In this document: positions 25,376-34,416 of the stretch, in pieces
How the letters are laid out: each line of letters begins with the position of its first letter
How positions within the stretch are numbered: position 1 is the stretch's first letter
Assembly (NCBI GenBank): GCA_964590205.1
Contig: CAZPVO010000001.1
Location: forward strand, 111,873-175,872
Origin: an uncultured Candidatus Saccharibacteria bacterium
Lineage (GTDB): Bacteria > Patescibacteriota > Saccharimonadia > Saccharimonadales > JAGQNJ01
Direction: 5' to 3'
DNA: 64,000 nucleotides
Made by a program: the position numbers and the translations under genes
The notes under the pieces: generated by a model
Database searches by the model: none
What the model saw: only the letters and a program-made list of their open reading frames with translations
What the model was told of the DNA's origin: nothing

Positions 25376-26308
25376 GTGGCAGAATTTGATTATAAAAAAA
25401 GTTTGGTTTATTTCCGTGACCGCTTTGTGCCATTTGAAGACGCTAATGTCAGCATTGGCAGTTCTCCAGTGTTGTACGGGTTGTCGGTCTATACCGTAGT
25501 CAATGTTCTGTGGGATGAAAAAAATCAGCGACTGTGCATTTTTCGCTTAGAGGATCATTACAAGCGACTGCAAAACTCGGCTAAAATTATGGATTTTCAC
25601 TCGTTTACTCGCGATTGGTCGTTTGAAAAATTCAAACAAACCATCGAGGATTTACTGCACAAAAATAACATTCGCGAAAACGCGCTGGTTCGAGTTTCGG
25701 TATTTGTAGACGAGCTACTGGCAGGCACAAAAATCCATGACTTAAAACACAGTTTTAGTGCATTCGTATATCCGCTTGGGCATATTTATCCAAGTGCCGG
25801 TGTTAATTTGTGCGTATCGAGCTGGCAGCGAAATTCTGACAATGCGATACCAGCAAGAGCCAAAGTTAACGGCAGTTATATTAATGCAAGTCTTATGAAA
25901 AATGAAGCGCTGATGAATGGCTACGATGATGCTATTGCGCTTGACGAACATGGCCATGTGGCTGAAGGCACTGTGGCAAACTTCTTTATGGTTCGCGACG
26001 GGGTGCTGATTACGCCTGATAACGCCACAGATATACTCGAGGGTATTACACGCGACACAATTGTTCGTTTTGCTCAGGATCAAAACCTGCCGCTGGAAAT
26101 CCGTTCTATTGATCGCAGCGAACTTTACATTGCCGATGAGGCCTTTTTGGCCGGCAGCTCGGCGAATATTGCGCCAATTATTTCAATCGATAAGCGAACT
26201 ATTGGTGACGGCAGACCTGGTCGAATGACCGGAATCGTTAGCGATTTTTACGACGCCGTCCGCTTGGGCCAAGTCCCGCAATATCCCGACTGGGTAACTG
26301 TGTTATAA
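25376..26308 (+). CDS. class IV aminotransferase (branched-chain / D-amino-acid aminotransferase family)
   Basis: 'FRLEDHYKRLQNSAKIM' and 'AKVNGSYINASLMKNEA...EGTVANFFMV' parallel IlvE/Dat motifs. GTG start with an AGGGGG Shine-Dalgarno. Confidence 0.8.
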   Translation: MAEFDYKKSLVYFRDRFVPFEDANVSIGSSPVLYGLSVYTVVNVLWDEKNQRLCIFRLEDHYKRLQNSAKIMDFHSFTRDWSFEKFKQTIEDLLHKNNIRENALVRVSVFVDELLAGTKIHDLKHSFSAFVYPLGHIYPSAGVNLCVSSWQRNSDNAIPARAKVNGSYINASLMKNEALMNGYDDAIALDEHGHVAEGTVANFFMVRDGVLITPDNATDILEGITRDTIVRFAQDQNLPLEIRSIDRSELYIADEAFLAGSSANIAPIISIDKRTIGDGRPGRMTGIVSDFYDAVRLGQVPQYPDWVTVL

Positions 26309-26423
26309 TCAGTTTTAACATGAAACGATATTTGATTCACATATCTTCATTCTTAAGACCGCTCGCCTAAGCGGCGATTATTTATTTTTCTCTTATTTCT
26401 ATAATTTTTAAGGAGTACTAAAA

Positions 26424-27140
26424 GTGACTAAACTTTTATATTTAGATGATTTTAATGTTCTTAGTTGCGAGGCAACGGTTGAGGATATCAAACAAACAGA
26501 AGATGGCAAAACAGCCGTAATTTTGGATCAGACTTGTTTTTATCCCCGAGGAGGTGGCCAGGACTGGGATACAGGAACAATTAAGGGTTCATCAGATTTT
26601 AAAGTTGAGGAGGTTCGGCTCGATCCGGAAGGTGTGGTATGGCATATTGGCACCGGATCGTTAATAACAGGCGAACCTGTTGACTGCGAAGTAGATAAAA
26701 AACGGCGAGACGAAAATACTAAACTTCACTCAGCCGGGCATGTGATTGACATGGCAGTCTCAGAACTTTATCCTGATTGGACTCCGCAGAAGGGTGCGCA
26801 TTATTCGCACATGAGTTTCGTGGAATATGGCGCTGAATGTGAGGACGTCGAGTCTGTTCGTGAAGCAATTGAGCAAAGAATTGCTGAGCTGCAAGAAAAA
26901 GGAACCGAGAATAAACTACAGTTCATGGGTATCGATGAGCTTAAGAATGTCTGTCGGCACGTGCCTGAATATTTGCCAACCAACAAGCCAACACGCGTTG
27001 TAATGTACGGCGACTTTGGCGTGCCGTGTGGCGGAACGCACGTTAAAAACATTAAAGACATTGGAAAAATAGAGGTAACAAAGGTAAAATCCAAGAAAGG
27101 CATTACTAAAGTTAGCTACCGCGTAGAAGGAATTAACTGA
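26424..27140 (+). CDS. alaX: alanyl-tRNA editing protein (AlaX-type)
   Basis: 'HSAGHVID' and 'CGGTHV' are the Zn-binding motifs of the AlaRS/ThrRS second additional domain. AAGGAG Shine-Dalgarno, GTG start. Confidence 0.8.
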   Translation: MTKLLYLDDFNVLSCEATVEDIKQTEDGKTAVILDQTCFYPRGGGQDWDTGTIKGSSDFKVEEVRLDPEGVVWHIGTGSLITGEPVDCEVDKKRRDENTKLHSAGHVIDMAVSELYPDWTPQKGAHYSHMSFVEYGAECEDVESVREAIEQRIAELQEKGTENKLQFMGIDELKNVCRHVPEYLPTNKPTRVVMYGDFGVPCGGTHVKNIKDIGKIEVTKVKSKKGITKVSYRVEGIN

Positions 27141-30022
27141 TGAAAAAATATAGCCCAAAAGAGTTAGAGCCACGCTGGCAAGATAAGTGGGAATCCGACG
27201 GCATTTACCAGGCTACCGAGGATCCAAAAAAGCCGAAACGCTATGTATTGGAGTATTTTCCTTATCCAAGCGGTGCGGCTATGCATGTCGGCCACGTCCG
27301 CAATTACACTATTGGTGACGCCTTGGCGCGTTTTAATCGTATGAACGGTTTTAATGTGCTGCACCCAATGGGCTGGGACGCTTTTGGTCTGCCTGCGGAA
27401 AACTACGCCATTAAAACTGGCACCAGTCCTCGTCAGGCAGTTGATGAGAACACCAAGAAGTTCAAAAAACAGCTCATGCAGATGGGTTTTAGTTACGATT
27501 GGACCCGCGAAATTGACAGCACCGATCCGAACTATTACAAATGGACACAGTGGTTCTTTTTGCTGCTACACAAGCGGGGCTTAGCCTATCAGAAAGAAAG
27601 CCTGCAGTGGTGGTGTCCAGTGGATAAGACGGTACTGGCTAACGAGCAAGTCGAAAATGGCCGTTGCTGGCGCTGTGACAGCTTGGTTGAAAAGAAACCG
27701 CTCAACCAATGGTTCTTTAAAATTACTGAATATGCCGATCGCTTGGTTGAAGATTTAGAAGACCTTAACTGGACAGATGCCATTAAGTCTATGCAGCGCA
27801 ATTGGATTGGACGTAGTATCGGCGCTGAAGTTGATTTTAAAATTAAAGACAGCAGTGAAAAAATTACAGTTTTTACGACTCGGCCTGATACATTATTTGG
27901 TGCAACCTTTATGGTGCTGGCTCCAGAGCACCCATTGGTTAGCAAAATAACTACCAGCGAGCAAAAAGCAAAAGTCGAGGAGTATGTAAAAAAAGCCCAG
28001 GCCAAAAGTGACATTGAACGTCAAGAAACTGATCGCGAAAAAACCGGTGTCTTTACGGGTGCGTATGCTATTAATCCAGTCAATAATGAAGAGATTCCTG
28101 TCTGGATAGCTGACTATGTCTTATTTGGTTATGGAACTGGAGCTATCATGGCCGTTCCTGCACACGACGAGCGGGATTATGAGTTTGCCCAAAAGTTTGA
28201 ATTACCAATAGTTCCTGTTATTGCTCACGAATACTTTGATAAAAAAACTCCGCCAATTGATGGCAAAGAACAACAAGCCCGAAGCGCAATCCAAATAATC
28301 ATTAAACATCCCAACGATGAAAAATATTTGATTCTCAAAAAGCTTGGCTGGAAAACAGAAGCCTACAGTTATGTAAACGGTGGTATTGAAAAAGGTGAAA
28401 AGCCAGTTGATGCTGCACTACGGGAGCTAAAAGAAGAAACAGGTTTTAAAAACTTTGAAGAAATTAAACAAGTCGGAACAACGTACTTTGTTAATTTATT
28501 CCATGAGCGTAAAGGCCACAACCTGCGCGCCCAAATGTTTACGTTTGCTTTGCAACTAAAAGATCTTGAACATGATGATATAAGCCAAGAAGAAAAGGAC
28601 ACCAATGAATTAGTTTGGGTCACAAAAGACGAACTACTAGAAAAAATTCATGGTGAGGGTGCTAAGAAAGCATTTCAGGACTTCACAAGTGGAGACAGCA
28701 ACTTGGTTACTGAAGGTGTGATGGTTAACTCGGGTAAATACAATGATATGCCATCAGATCAAGCCCGCGAAAAAATTATTGCAGATCTTGCAAAACAAGG
28801 TGTAGCGGCTGAGCGTGTGAACTACAAAATTCGTGATTGGTTGATTAGTCGCCAGCGTTATTGGGGCGCGCCAATTCCAATAATTCATTGTCCAAAAGAT
28901 GGGGCAGTGCCTGTTCCGGAAAAGGATCTACCAGTCAAATTGCCTGAACTAAAGAAATTTGAACCAACCGATGACGGCCGTAGCCCACTTGCTAACGTGC
29001 CAGAGTTTGTGAACACTACCTGCCCAAAATGTGGCGGTGTTGCGTCGCGCGAAACAGATACAATGGACGGTTTTGCCTGTTCTAGTTGGTACTTCCTGCG
29101 GTTTGCTGATCCACACAACGCCGAGCAAGCCTTCAGTAAAAAACAGGCTGATTTTTGGTTGCCAGTTGATGATTACATTGGCGGTGCTGAGCACGCAGTG
29201 ATGCATCTTCTGTACGCTCGCTTTTGGACTAAAGTCATGTTTGACGAAGGATTAATTAACTTCACCGAACCGTTCACGACACTTCGGAACCAAGGCATGA
29301 TTTTAGCGCCTGATGGGCTCAAAATGAGCAAGAGCAAGGGGAACACCATCGAACCGGGTGGCTTAATTGACCAAGGTTATGGCGCAGATTCAATCCGAAT
29401 TATGGAATTGTTTATTGGCCCGTACAACCAAATGGCTAACTGGTCAGTTGAAGGTATGGGCGGGAGTTTTAGGTTTTTGCAGCGCGTTTGGACGTTGACT
29501 CAAGAATATATTGAGGCCAAAGAAAACACGAACAACAAGAACCAGGAAATTTTAGTCGCAACTCATCAAGCAATAAAAAAAGTCAGCCAAGATTTACATG
29601 ACCTTGGGTTTAACACAGCCATTGCAGCACTCATGGAATTCACCAATGAACTCTACAAAATTAAGGCAAAAGACAATTTCAAATCTAAAAGCTGGCAGTT
29701 TGCTATTCCAACACTACTGCAGCTACTGGCGCCATTCGCACCGCACATCACCGAAGAATTGTGGCACGATTTGGGCAATAAGGGCTCAATTCACACATCC
29801 GAGTGGCCAACGCACGACGATAAATACCTGGTTGCCGATACAGTAACAGTTGTTGTTCAGGTGAACGGTAAAGTTCGAGCTAACATTGACGTGCCGGCCG
29901 GCGCTGATCAAGAAACCGCCGAAAAAGCTGCCAGAGCTGACGAAAACGTCAAAAAATTTGTTACAGGTGAGCCGAAAAAAGTAATTTTCGTTAAAGATAA
30001 ATTGCTTAACTTTGTAGTGTAG
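27140..30022 (+). CDS. leuS: leucine--tRNA ligase with an inserted Nudix domain
   Basis: HIGH-type motif 'MHVGHVRNY', CP1 editing domain 'TTRPDT...GTGAIMAVPAHDERDYEFA', 'KMSKSKGN', and C-terminal 'VQVNGKVR'. At 960 aa it exceeds the ~805-860 aa usual for bacterial LeuRS. Confidence 0.95.
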   Translation: MKKYSPKELEPRWQDKWESDGIYQATEDPKKPKRYVLEYFPYPSGAAMHVGHVRNYTIGDALARFNRMNGFNVLHPMGWDAFGLPAENYAIKTGTSPRQAVDENTKKFKKQLMQMGFSYDWTREIDSTDPNYYKWTQWFFLLLHKRGLAYQKESLQWWCPVDKTVLANEQVENGRCWRCDSLVEKKPLNQWFFKITEYADRLVEDLEDLNWTDAIKSMQRNWIGRSIGAEVDFKIKDSSEKITVFTTRPDTLFGATFMVLAPEHPLVSKITTSEQKAKVEEYVKKAQAKSDIERQETDREKTGVFTGAYAINPVNNEEIPVWIADYVLFGYGTGAIMAVPAHDERDYEFAQKFELPIVPVIAHEYFDKKTPPIDGKEQQARSAIQIIIKHPNDEKYLILKKLGWKTEAYSYVNGGIEKGEKPVDAALRELKEETGFKNFEEIKQVGTTYFVNLFHERKGHNLRAQMFTFALQLKDLEHDDISQEEKDTNELVWVTKDELLEKIHGEGAKKAFQDFTSGDSNLVTEGVMVNSGKYNDMPSDQAREKIIADLAKQGVAAERVNYKIRDWLISRQRYWGAPIPIIHCPKDGAVPVPEKDLPVKLPELKKFEPTDDGRSPLANVPEFVNTTCPKCGGVASRETDTMDGFACSSWYFLRFADPHNAEQAFSKKQADFWLPVDDYIGGAEHAVMHLLYARFWTKVMFDEGLINFTEPFTTLRNQGMILAPDGLKMSKSKGNTIEPGGLIDQGYGADSIRIMELFIGPYNQMANWSVEGMGGSFRFLQRVWTLTQEYIEAKENTNNKNQEILVATHQAIKKVSQDLHDLGFNTAIAALMEFTNELYKIKAKDNFKSKSWQFAIPTLLQLLAPFAPHITEELWHDLGNKGSIHTSEWPTHDDKYLVADTVTVVVQVNGKVRANIDVPAGADQETAEKAARADENVKKFVTGEPKKVIFVKDKLLNFVV
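28226..28705 (+). other. Nudix-hydrolase domain inserted in-frame within leuS
   Basis: Nudix box GGIEKGEKPVDAALRELKEETGF at nt 28379-28447 matches Gx5Ex7REUxEExGU at every fixed position. It is flanked by LeuRS-collinear sequence. Confidence 0.8.
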
Positions 30023-30662
30023 GCAAAGGTGTAGTTACCGTCACGTTGGGCGGTGCTGAGTGCGTCACAATAACTTCGTGAGCAGTGGTTGGCAACTTGT
30101 AATGGTTGCCATATTTTGGTCCGGTGCCGTAATCGTGGCGTAGCATATCCAGGGCCTGATCATAACAAATGCCGCTGTCCATCACGCCGGAAATTTTAGG
30201 AATCATTACACTCCAGCCTATATCGCTGGATTTGGCAACATAGTCATCAGTTCGAGGCCCAAACTCACAGGTTTTTTCAGGTTGAGGTCCAAGTTTAATC
30301 GGGCTGTTAATGTGTAAATGAGGCAGGCCTAAGGCAATCCCAGCTGTTCCCAGAAGGGTAAAGCCAATAGCTCTCGCACCCGCCTTCCGTACTTGTGTGC
30401 CTGTCAGATCTACTGAGTGATCAATTTCATCATAGGTCATTGCATCGTTGCCATGGAAGCCTAACAAGTACAGCTTTTGGCGACCAATGCTATATAAAAT
30501 ACGACGCATAAAGTTCTTATTATTGATACGTCTCTTAAGATACTTTTCCTGCTGAGCTTCTCGCAGCTCAACATCATCTTCGATTACAACCTTTGTTGGT
30601 ATGCCTTGAAAAAAGGCTTCGTCAGCTTCAGACTTAACTTCCATATCGGAAATGCCAATCAT
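30006..30662 (-). CDS. hypothetical protein with one TM helix
   Basis: ORF track. Its 3' end overlaps the leuS 3' end by 17 nt (convergent). Confidence 0.6.
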   Translation of the reverse strand: MIGISDMEVKSEADEAFFQGIPTKVVIEDDVELREAQQEKYLKRRINNKNFMRRILYSIGRQKLYLLGFHGNDAMTYDEIDHSVDLTGTQVRKAGARAIGFTLLGTAGIALGLPHLHINSPIKLGPQPEKTCEFGPRTDDYVAKSSDIGWSVMIPKISGVMDSGICYDQALDMLRHDYGTGPKYGNHYKLPTTAHEVIVTHSAPPNVTVTTPLPTLQS

Positions 30663-30670
30663 AAACGCAT

Positions 30671-30699
30671 ACTATAAAAATTATGCTTAACTTTGTCAA
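30671..30699 (-). promoter_or_regulatory. TTGACA-N17-TATAGT promoter 8 nt upstream of ATG 30662
   Basis: Reverse complement: -35 at 30694-30699, -10 at 30671-30676. Confidence 0.55.
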
Positions 30700-30711
30700 T
30701 GGTGAATCTGG

Positions 30712-30740
30712 TTGAGATTATGGCTAAAATCCTCTATAAT
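30712..30740 (+). promoter_or_regulatory. TTGAGA-N17-TATAAT promoter of the rpmF-nusB unit
   Basis: -35 at 30712-30717, -10 at 30735-30740. A 44-nt leader carries an AAGGAG Shine-Dalgarno. Confidence 0.55.
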
Positions 30741-30784
30741 TGAACCAAATTATCAGTTAAGTGTAATAAGGAGTTCTTTTTTTC

Positions 30785-30946
30785 ATGGGTAAACCCAAGA
30801 AGCGAACATCACCCCGTCGAACCGGCACACGCCGAAGTCATTTGGTGGTGAAATTGGCCCGCAAAGTTAATGCAAAGTCACCAGTAAAGGTCTACACAAC
30901 CAAGCGAGAGTCAGCTAAAAAGGCCGCAAAAGTTCCAGCCAAGTAA
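30785..30946 (+). CDS. rpmF: 50S ribosomal protein bL32
   Basis: The 53-aa sequence [28 protein letters not shown]... has the bL32 N-terminal signature (PKKRTS..RR..RRSH). It is absent from the ORF track because it is under 60 aa. Confidence 0.8.
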   Translation: MGKPKKRTSPRRTGTRRSHLVVKLARKVNAKSPVKVYTTKRESAKKAAKVPAK

Positions 30947-30993
30947 CTGCAGTTCTGCGGTATACTAAGAGAGTAATAGGAAAGCTTAACAAT

Positions 30994-31461
30994 ATGGCGT
31001 CGAACAGACATCTAGGACGAATCGTAGCACTACAAACCCTGTACGAGCAGGATTTTCGGGTTGATTGTGGCGATAAATCCTTTAAGCTTGACGAAACTCT
31101 TAAGCGCAACATTGAGCGCTACAGCGAAACAGTCGATGACCAAGACTTTATCGAAAATTTAGTCAAAGGTATTGATAAAAACGTTAAAAAGCTGGATGCC
31201 ATGCTACAGCCACTGGCGCCGGAATGGCCGATTGACCAGATCGCTCGAATGGACCGAATAGTGCTGCGGATGGGTGCTTACGAGTTAACACAGTCGAAAG
31301 ACAAAGTTCCAGCCAAAGTTGCTATTAATGAAGCAGTGGAACTCGCCAAAGCCTTCGGTGGTGATAATTCATCCAAGTTCGTAAATGGTGTCCTGGGAAG
31401 TTTACTTCGACAAATCGAAGAAAGTTCATCCTCAGCAAAGCCTCAGAAAAGTGAGAAATAA
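30994..31461 (+). CDS. nusB: transcription antitermination factor NusB
   Basis: '[13 protein letters not shown]' and '[26 protein letters not shown]'. Confidence 0.85.
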   Translation: MASNRHLGRIVALQTLYEQDFRVDCGDKSFKLDETLKRNIERYSETVDDQDFIENLVKGIDKNVKKLDAMLQPLAPEWPIDQIARMDRIVLRMGAYELTQSKDKVPAKVAINEAVELAKAFGGDNSSKFVNGVLGSLLRQIEESSSSAKPQKSEK

Positions 31462-31469
31462 TTAAGCTT

Positions 31470-31970
31470 ATGAAACGACCAAAACCAATTCAGGGTGTCA
31501 AGAGATTTGTCTCCAAACGGCGACCAGTTATCCGTGAGGTTCTTCGGGAGCCAACTGCTGGTGGTATTGTTTTTCGTAAAAGCGACAAAGACAAAGTTGA
31601 AATCTTGATGATTCAAGATGCCAAAAATCGCTGGACAATTCCCAAAGGTCACATCGAAGAAGGTGAGCAGCCAAAAGAAACTGCCGAGCGTGAAGTAAAA
31701 GAAGAGACCGGTCTGAAAGAAGTTAAAGTGATGAACTGGCTTGGCAAAATTAACTTTCGTTATCGTCGTCAACAAAGTTTGGTGCTGATGACGACTGAGA
31801 TCTTTTTGGTTCAGGCGCTTGGTGACACAAATGGTATTAACCCTGAAGATTGGATGAATGGTATTCAGTGGTTCCCAGCTAACGAAGCGTTAGATAAAAT
31901 CGAGTACGAAGATATTGGCAAGATTATTCTGCTAGCCCTAAAGAAGATTCGACAAGGAAAGTTTGCGTAA
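31470..31970 (+). CDS. stand-alone Nudix hydrolase
   Basis: Nudix box 'GHIEEGEQPKETAEREVKEETGL'. Confidence 0.85.
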   Translation: MKRPKPIQGVKRFVSKRRPVIREVLREPTAGGIVFRKSDKDKVEILMIQDAKNRWTIPKGHIEEGEQPKETAEREVKEETGLKEVKVMNWLGKINFRYRRQQSLVLMTTEIFLVQALGDTNGINPEDWMNGIQWFPANEALDKIEYEDIGKIILLALKKIRQGKFA

Positions 31971-31975
31971 AGTAG

Positions 31976-32671
31976 ATGCAGGACACGAGCAAATACCAGC
32001 AATTTGCTAAAACAGCCTTAAAGATCGATTTTAAAAACATCGATTTATTGATTATGGCGTTTACACACCGCTCTTACGTAAATGAGCATCGTAAAACAGC
32101 TAAAGTGCACAACGAGCGCTTGGAATTTTTGGGTGACGCTGTACTTGAACTTGTAGTGACTGAGTTTTTATACGGCAATTATCAAGAACCAGAAGGTGTT
32201 TTAACTAACTGGCGTAGTAGTTTAGTGCGTACCGAGAGCATTGGTGCAGCAGCTCAAAAAGCTGGCTTTGAACCCCTGCTGCGTTTAAGCCGCGGCGAGA
32301 AAAAAGGTACAGAGCGTGCACGGGCTCAGATTTTAGCTAATTCATACGAAGCAGTTGTCGGTGCAATTTATTTGGATCAAGGTTACGAAGTTGCTAAAAA
32401 GTTTATCACCGAAACAATACTAGTTACTTTCGATCAGATTTTAGCCAGTGGTTCCTGGATGGATGCTAAATCTAAGTTGCAGGAAGTTGCTCAAAATCGT
32501 GATGGTGTCACACCTGTTTATAGAGTGCTTGAGGAAGTTGGTCCCGACCACGACAAAACCTTTACAGTTGGTGTATATGTGGGCCAGACATTGAAGGGTA
32601 AAGGCGTAGGCCCGAGCAAACAAATCGGCCAACAAAAAGCCGCCGAAGTTGCCCTTAAAACCTACAAATAA
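31976..32671 (+). CDS. rnc: ribonuclease III
   Basis: 'NERLEFLGDAVLELVVTEFLY' signature and a C-terminal dsRBD. Confidence 0.9.
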   Translation: MQDTSKYQQFAKTALKIDFKNIDLLIMAFTHRSYVNEHRKTAKVHNERLEFLGDAVLELVVTEFLYGNYQEPEGVLTNWRSSLVRTESIGAAAQKAGFEPLLRLSRGEKKGTERARAQILANSYEAVVGAIYLDQGYEVAKKFITETILVTFDQILASGSWMDAKSKLQEVAQNRDGVTPVYRVLEEVGPDHDKTFTVGVYVGQTLKGKGVGPSKQIGQQKAAEVALKTYK

Positions 32672-32733
32672 TACTCAATATTATTGCATCTTTAGCGAAC
32701 TGCGTTTATTATTGAGTTCTAACGGAGTATAAA

Positions 32734-33276
32734 TTGGCGACGAATATTTCAATTGAAGGTAGTACGGGTGCTATTGATCCACTGGCAGACTATCTCAGCA
32801 ACTTTCCACAACCATCACCACCCCTGAGTAAACATATGTTTCGAACAGCACAGTCTCTTCATGGTCAGGCTCTTGAGACTTTAGTAAAGGCACCGCATAT
32901 GCCTGTTGTCAAAGGTGAAGTTTCAGCTCTTGTTGAAACGCGAACGCTTGAATATGTGACCAAAAAAGGCCTTGGCCATTTGTGTTTACAATCAGATGTA
33001 TCGTTGCCAAGCAGCGATGCCACTGACAAACAAATATTTGAACATGCTGCAAAAGAGGAAAGTCCGGTTGCAATTATTTTTGGTTCAGGTTCAAGCCGCC
33101 GCGCAAGTGATATAGAATTATTTACACTCGCACCAGATGGCTTGTTTAGATGGTTTATGGAAACTGGTGAGCAAAGTCATCTTGTGAATGGCTCAGAAGT
33201 TAACTACCTGGGTGCCTTGATAAGAAAAATGCGCAAAGCGTGGGACATAAAAGCAAAAGATGATAAATCCGTTTGA
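32734..33276 (+). CDS. hypothetical protein (180 aa)
   Basis: ORF track. TTG start with GGAG 6 nt upstream. No family recognised. Confidence 0.55.
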   Translation: MATNISIEGSTGAIDPLADYLSNFPQPSPPLSKHMFRTAQSLHGQALETLVKAPHMPVVKGEVSALVETRTLEYVTKKGLGHLCLQSDVSLPSSDATDKQIFEHAAKEESPVAIIFGSGSSRRASDIELFTLAPDGLFRWFMETGEQSHLVNGSEVNYLGALIRKMRKAWDIKAKDDKSV

Positions 33277-33356
33277 CAACAGGGGCGGTTATCTGTAAAA
33301 TAGCTTGGACGCTAATAATATCTTAAGTTTTAGGAAGAGAGTCATCAAATAAATCT

Positions 33357-33872
33357 ATGTTAGCTATTCGTTTGCAACGAACAGGACGCTCGGGTCACGC
33401 TCAATACCGCGTGATTGTTCAGGATGCCCACCGCCAACCAACGAGTGGCCGCGTTGTCGCCTATGTTGGTAGTTATGATCCACATGCCAAGACCGTTAAT
33501 CTGAAAAAAGATAAAGTTGAATTTTACCTTGAGCACGGTGCGCAGCCATCACCTCGTGTGGCTGGGCTGCTTAAAAAAGAAGGTGTGAAATTACCTGATT
33601 GGGTAACACTGGCTACACCTAAGAAGCGAACGACTCGTAATCCGGATAAACTAGCCAAAGAAGAAGCTGCACCAAAAGAAGAGGCACCAGCTGAAGCAAC
33701 TGAGGAAACAGCACCTGCTGATGAGGCAGTTGTTGAAGAGGTGTCTACTCCTGAAGCAGAAACTCCAAAAGAGGAAGAAGCTCCTGCTGAAGAAGAAAAG
33801 CCACAAGAAAAAGCCGAAGAGGCTCCAGCTGAAGAAAAATCTGAAGAACCAGCTGCTGAAGCTGAAAAATAA
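33357..33872 (+). CDS. rpsP: 30S ribosomal protein bS16 with an ~80-aa Ala/Glu/Pro-rich C-terminal tail
   Basis: 'MLAIRLQRTGRSGHAQYRVIVQDA' N-terminus. The tail starts near nt 33640. Confidence 0.9.
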   Translation: MLAIRLQRTGRSGHAQYRVIVQDAHRQPTSGRVVAYVGSYDPHAKTVNLKKDKVEFYLEHGAQPSPRVAGLLKKEGVKLPDWVTLATPKKRTTRNPDKLAKEEAAPKEEAPAEATEETAPADEAVVEEVSTPEAETPKEEEAPAEEEKPQEKAEEAPAEEKSEEPAAEAEK

Positions 33873-33934
33873 CTGACAACTCCACAATTTGATATAATAA
33901 TTCTTATCGACAGAGTTTAAAGAGGAGACCGCTT

Positions 33935-34414
33935 ATGAGCAGTACTATCGACCAACAATTTATTGAATATATCGTAAAATCCTTAGTCGGCAATCCCGAT
34001 AAAGTTGAAATCAAGCGCACCATCGATGAAAAAGGTGTCCTGCTAGAACTCACTGTGGATCCACAAGATTTGGGTCGCGTAATCGGCAAACGTGGTGCCG
34101 GTGCTCAAGCACTTCGAACACTTCTACGTGCGCTCGGTACAAAGAACGATGCTCGTTATAACTTGAAGATCGTTGACAATGGTGAGCCTCGTCCACCACG
34201 TGAAGAGCGAGCACCACGGGAAGAGAATCAAGAAGAATCATCAAGTGATGAACCGACTGAAGACATTATGGACGACGCACCAGCTAACCAGACACCTGAT
34301 GACGTAGCCGAAGCCGATGAAGAACAGGCTGACGAGCAAGAAGAGTCAAATGGGGACAGCATGGCTGCTAAAACTCGCAAAGAGCTTGCCGATCTCGACG
34401 ATCTCGACATTTAG
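33935..34414 (+). CDS. khpA: KH-domain RNA-binding protein (KhpA/YlqC-like) with an acidic C-terminal tail
   Basis: 'VGNPDKVEI...VDPQDLGRVIGKRGAGAQALRTLL' contains the GxxG KH motif. Confidence 0.8.
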   Translation: MSSTIDQQFIEYIVKSLVGNPDKVEIKRTIDEKGVLLELTVDPQDLGRVIGKRGAGAQALRTLLRALGTKNDARYNLKIVDNGEPRPPREERAPREENQEESSSDEPTEDIMDDAPANQTPDDVAEADEEQADEQEESNGDSMAAKTRKELADLDDLDI

Positions 34415-34416
34415 AT

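Noticed and set aside
26309-26423. Possible T-box or other riboswitch leader upstream of alaX-leuS.
   Set aside because: The spacer is only 115 nt. It is fully accounted for by a small terminator hairpin, a TATAAT box and an AAGGAG Shine-Dalgarno. No T-box sequence or specifier-loop architecture is present.
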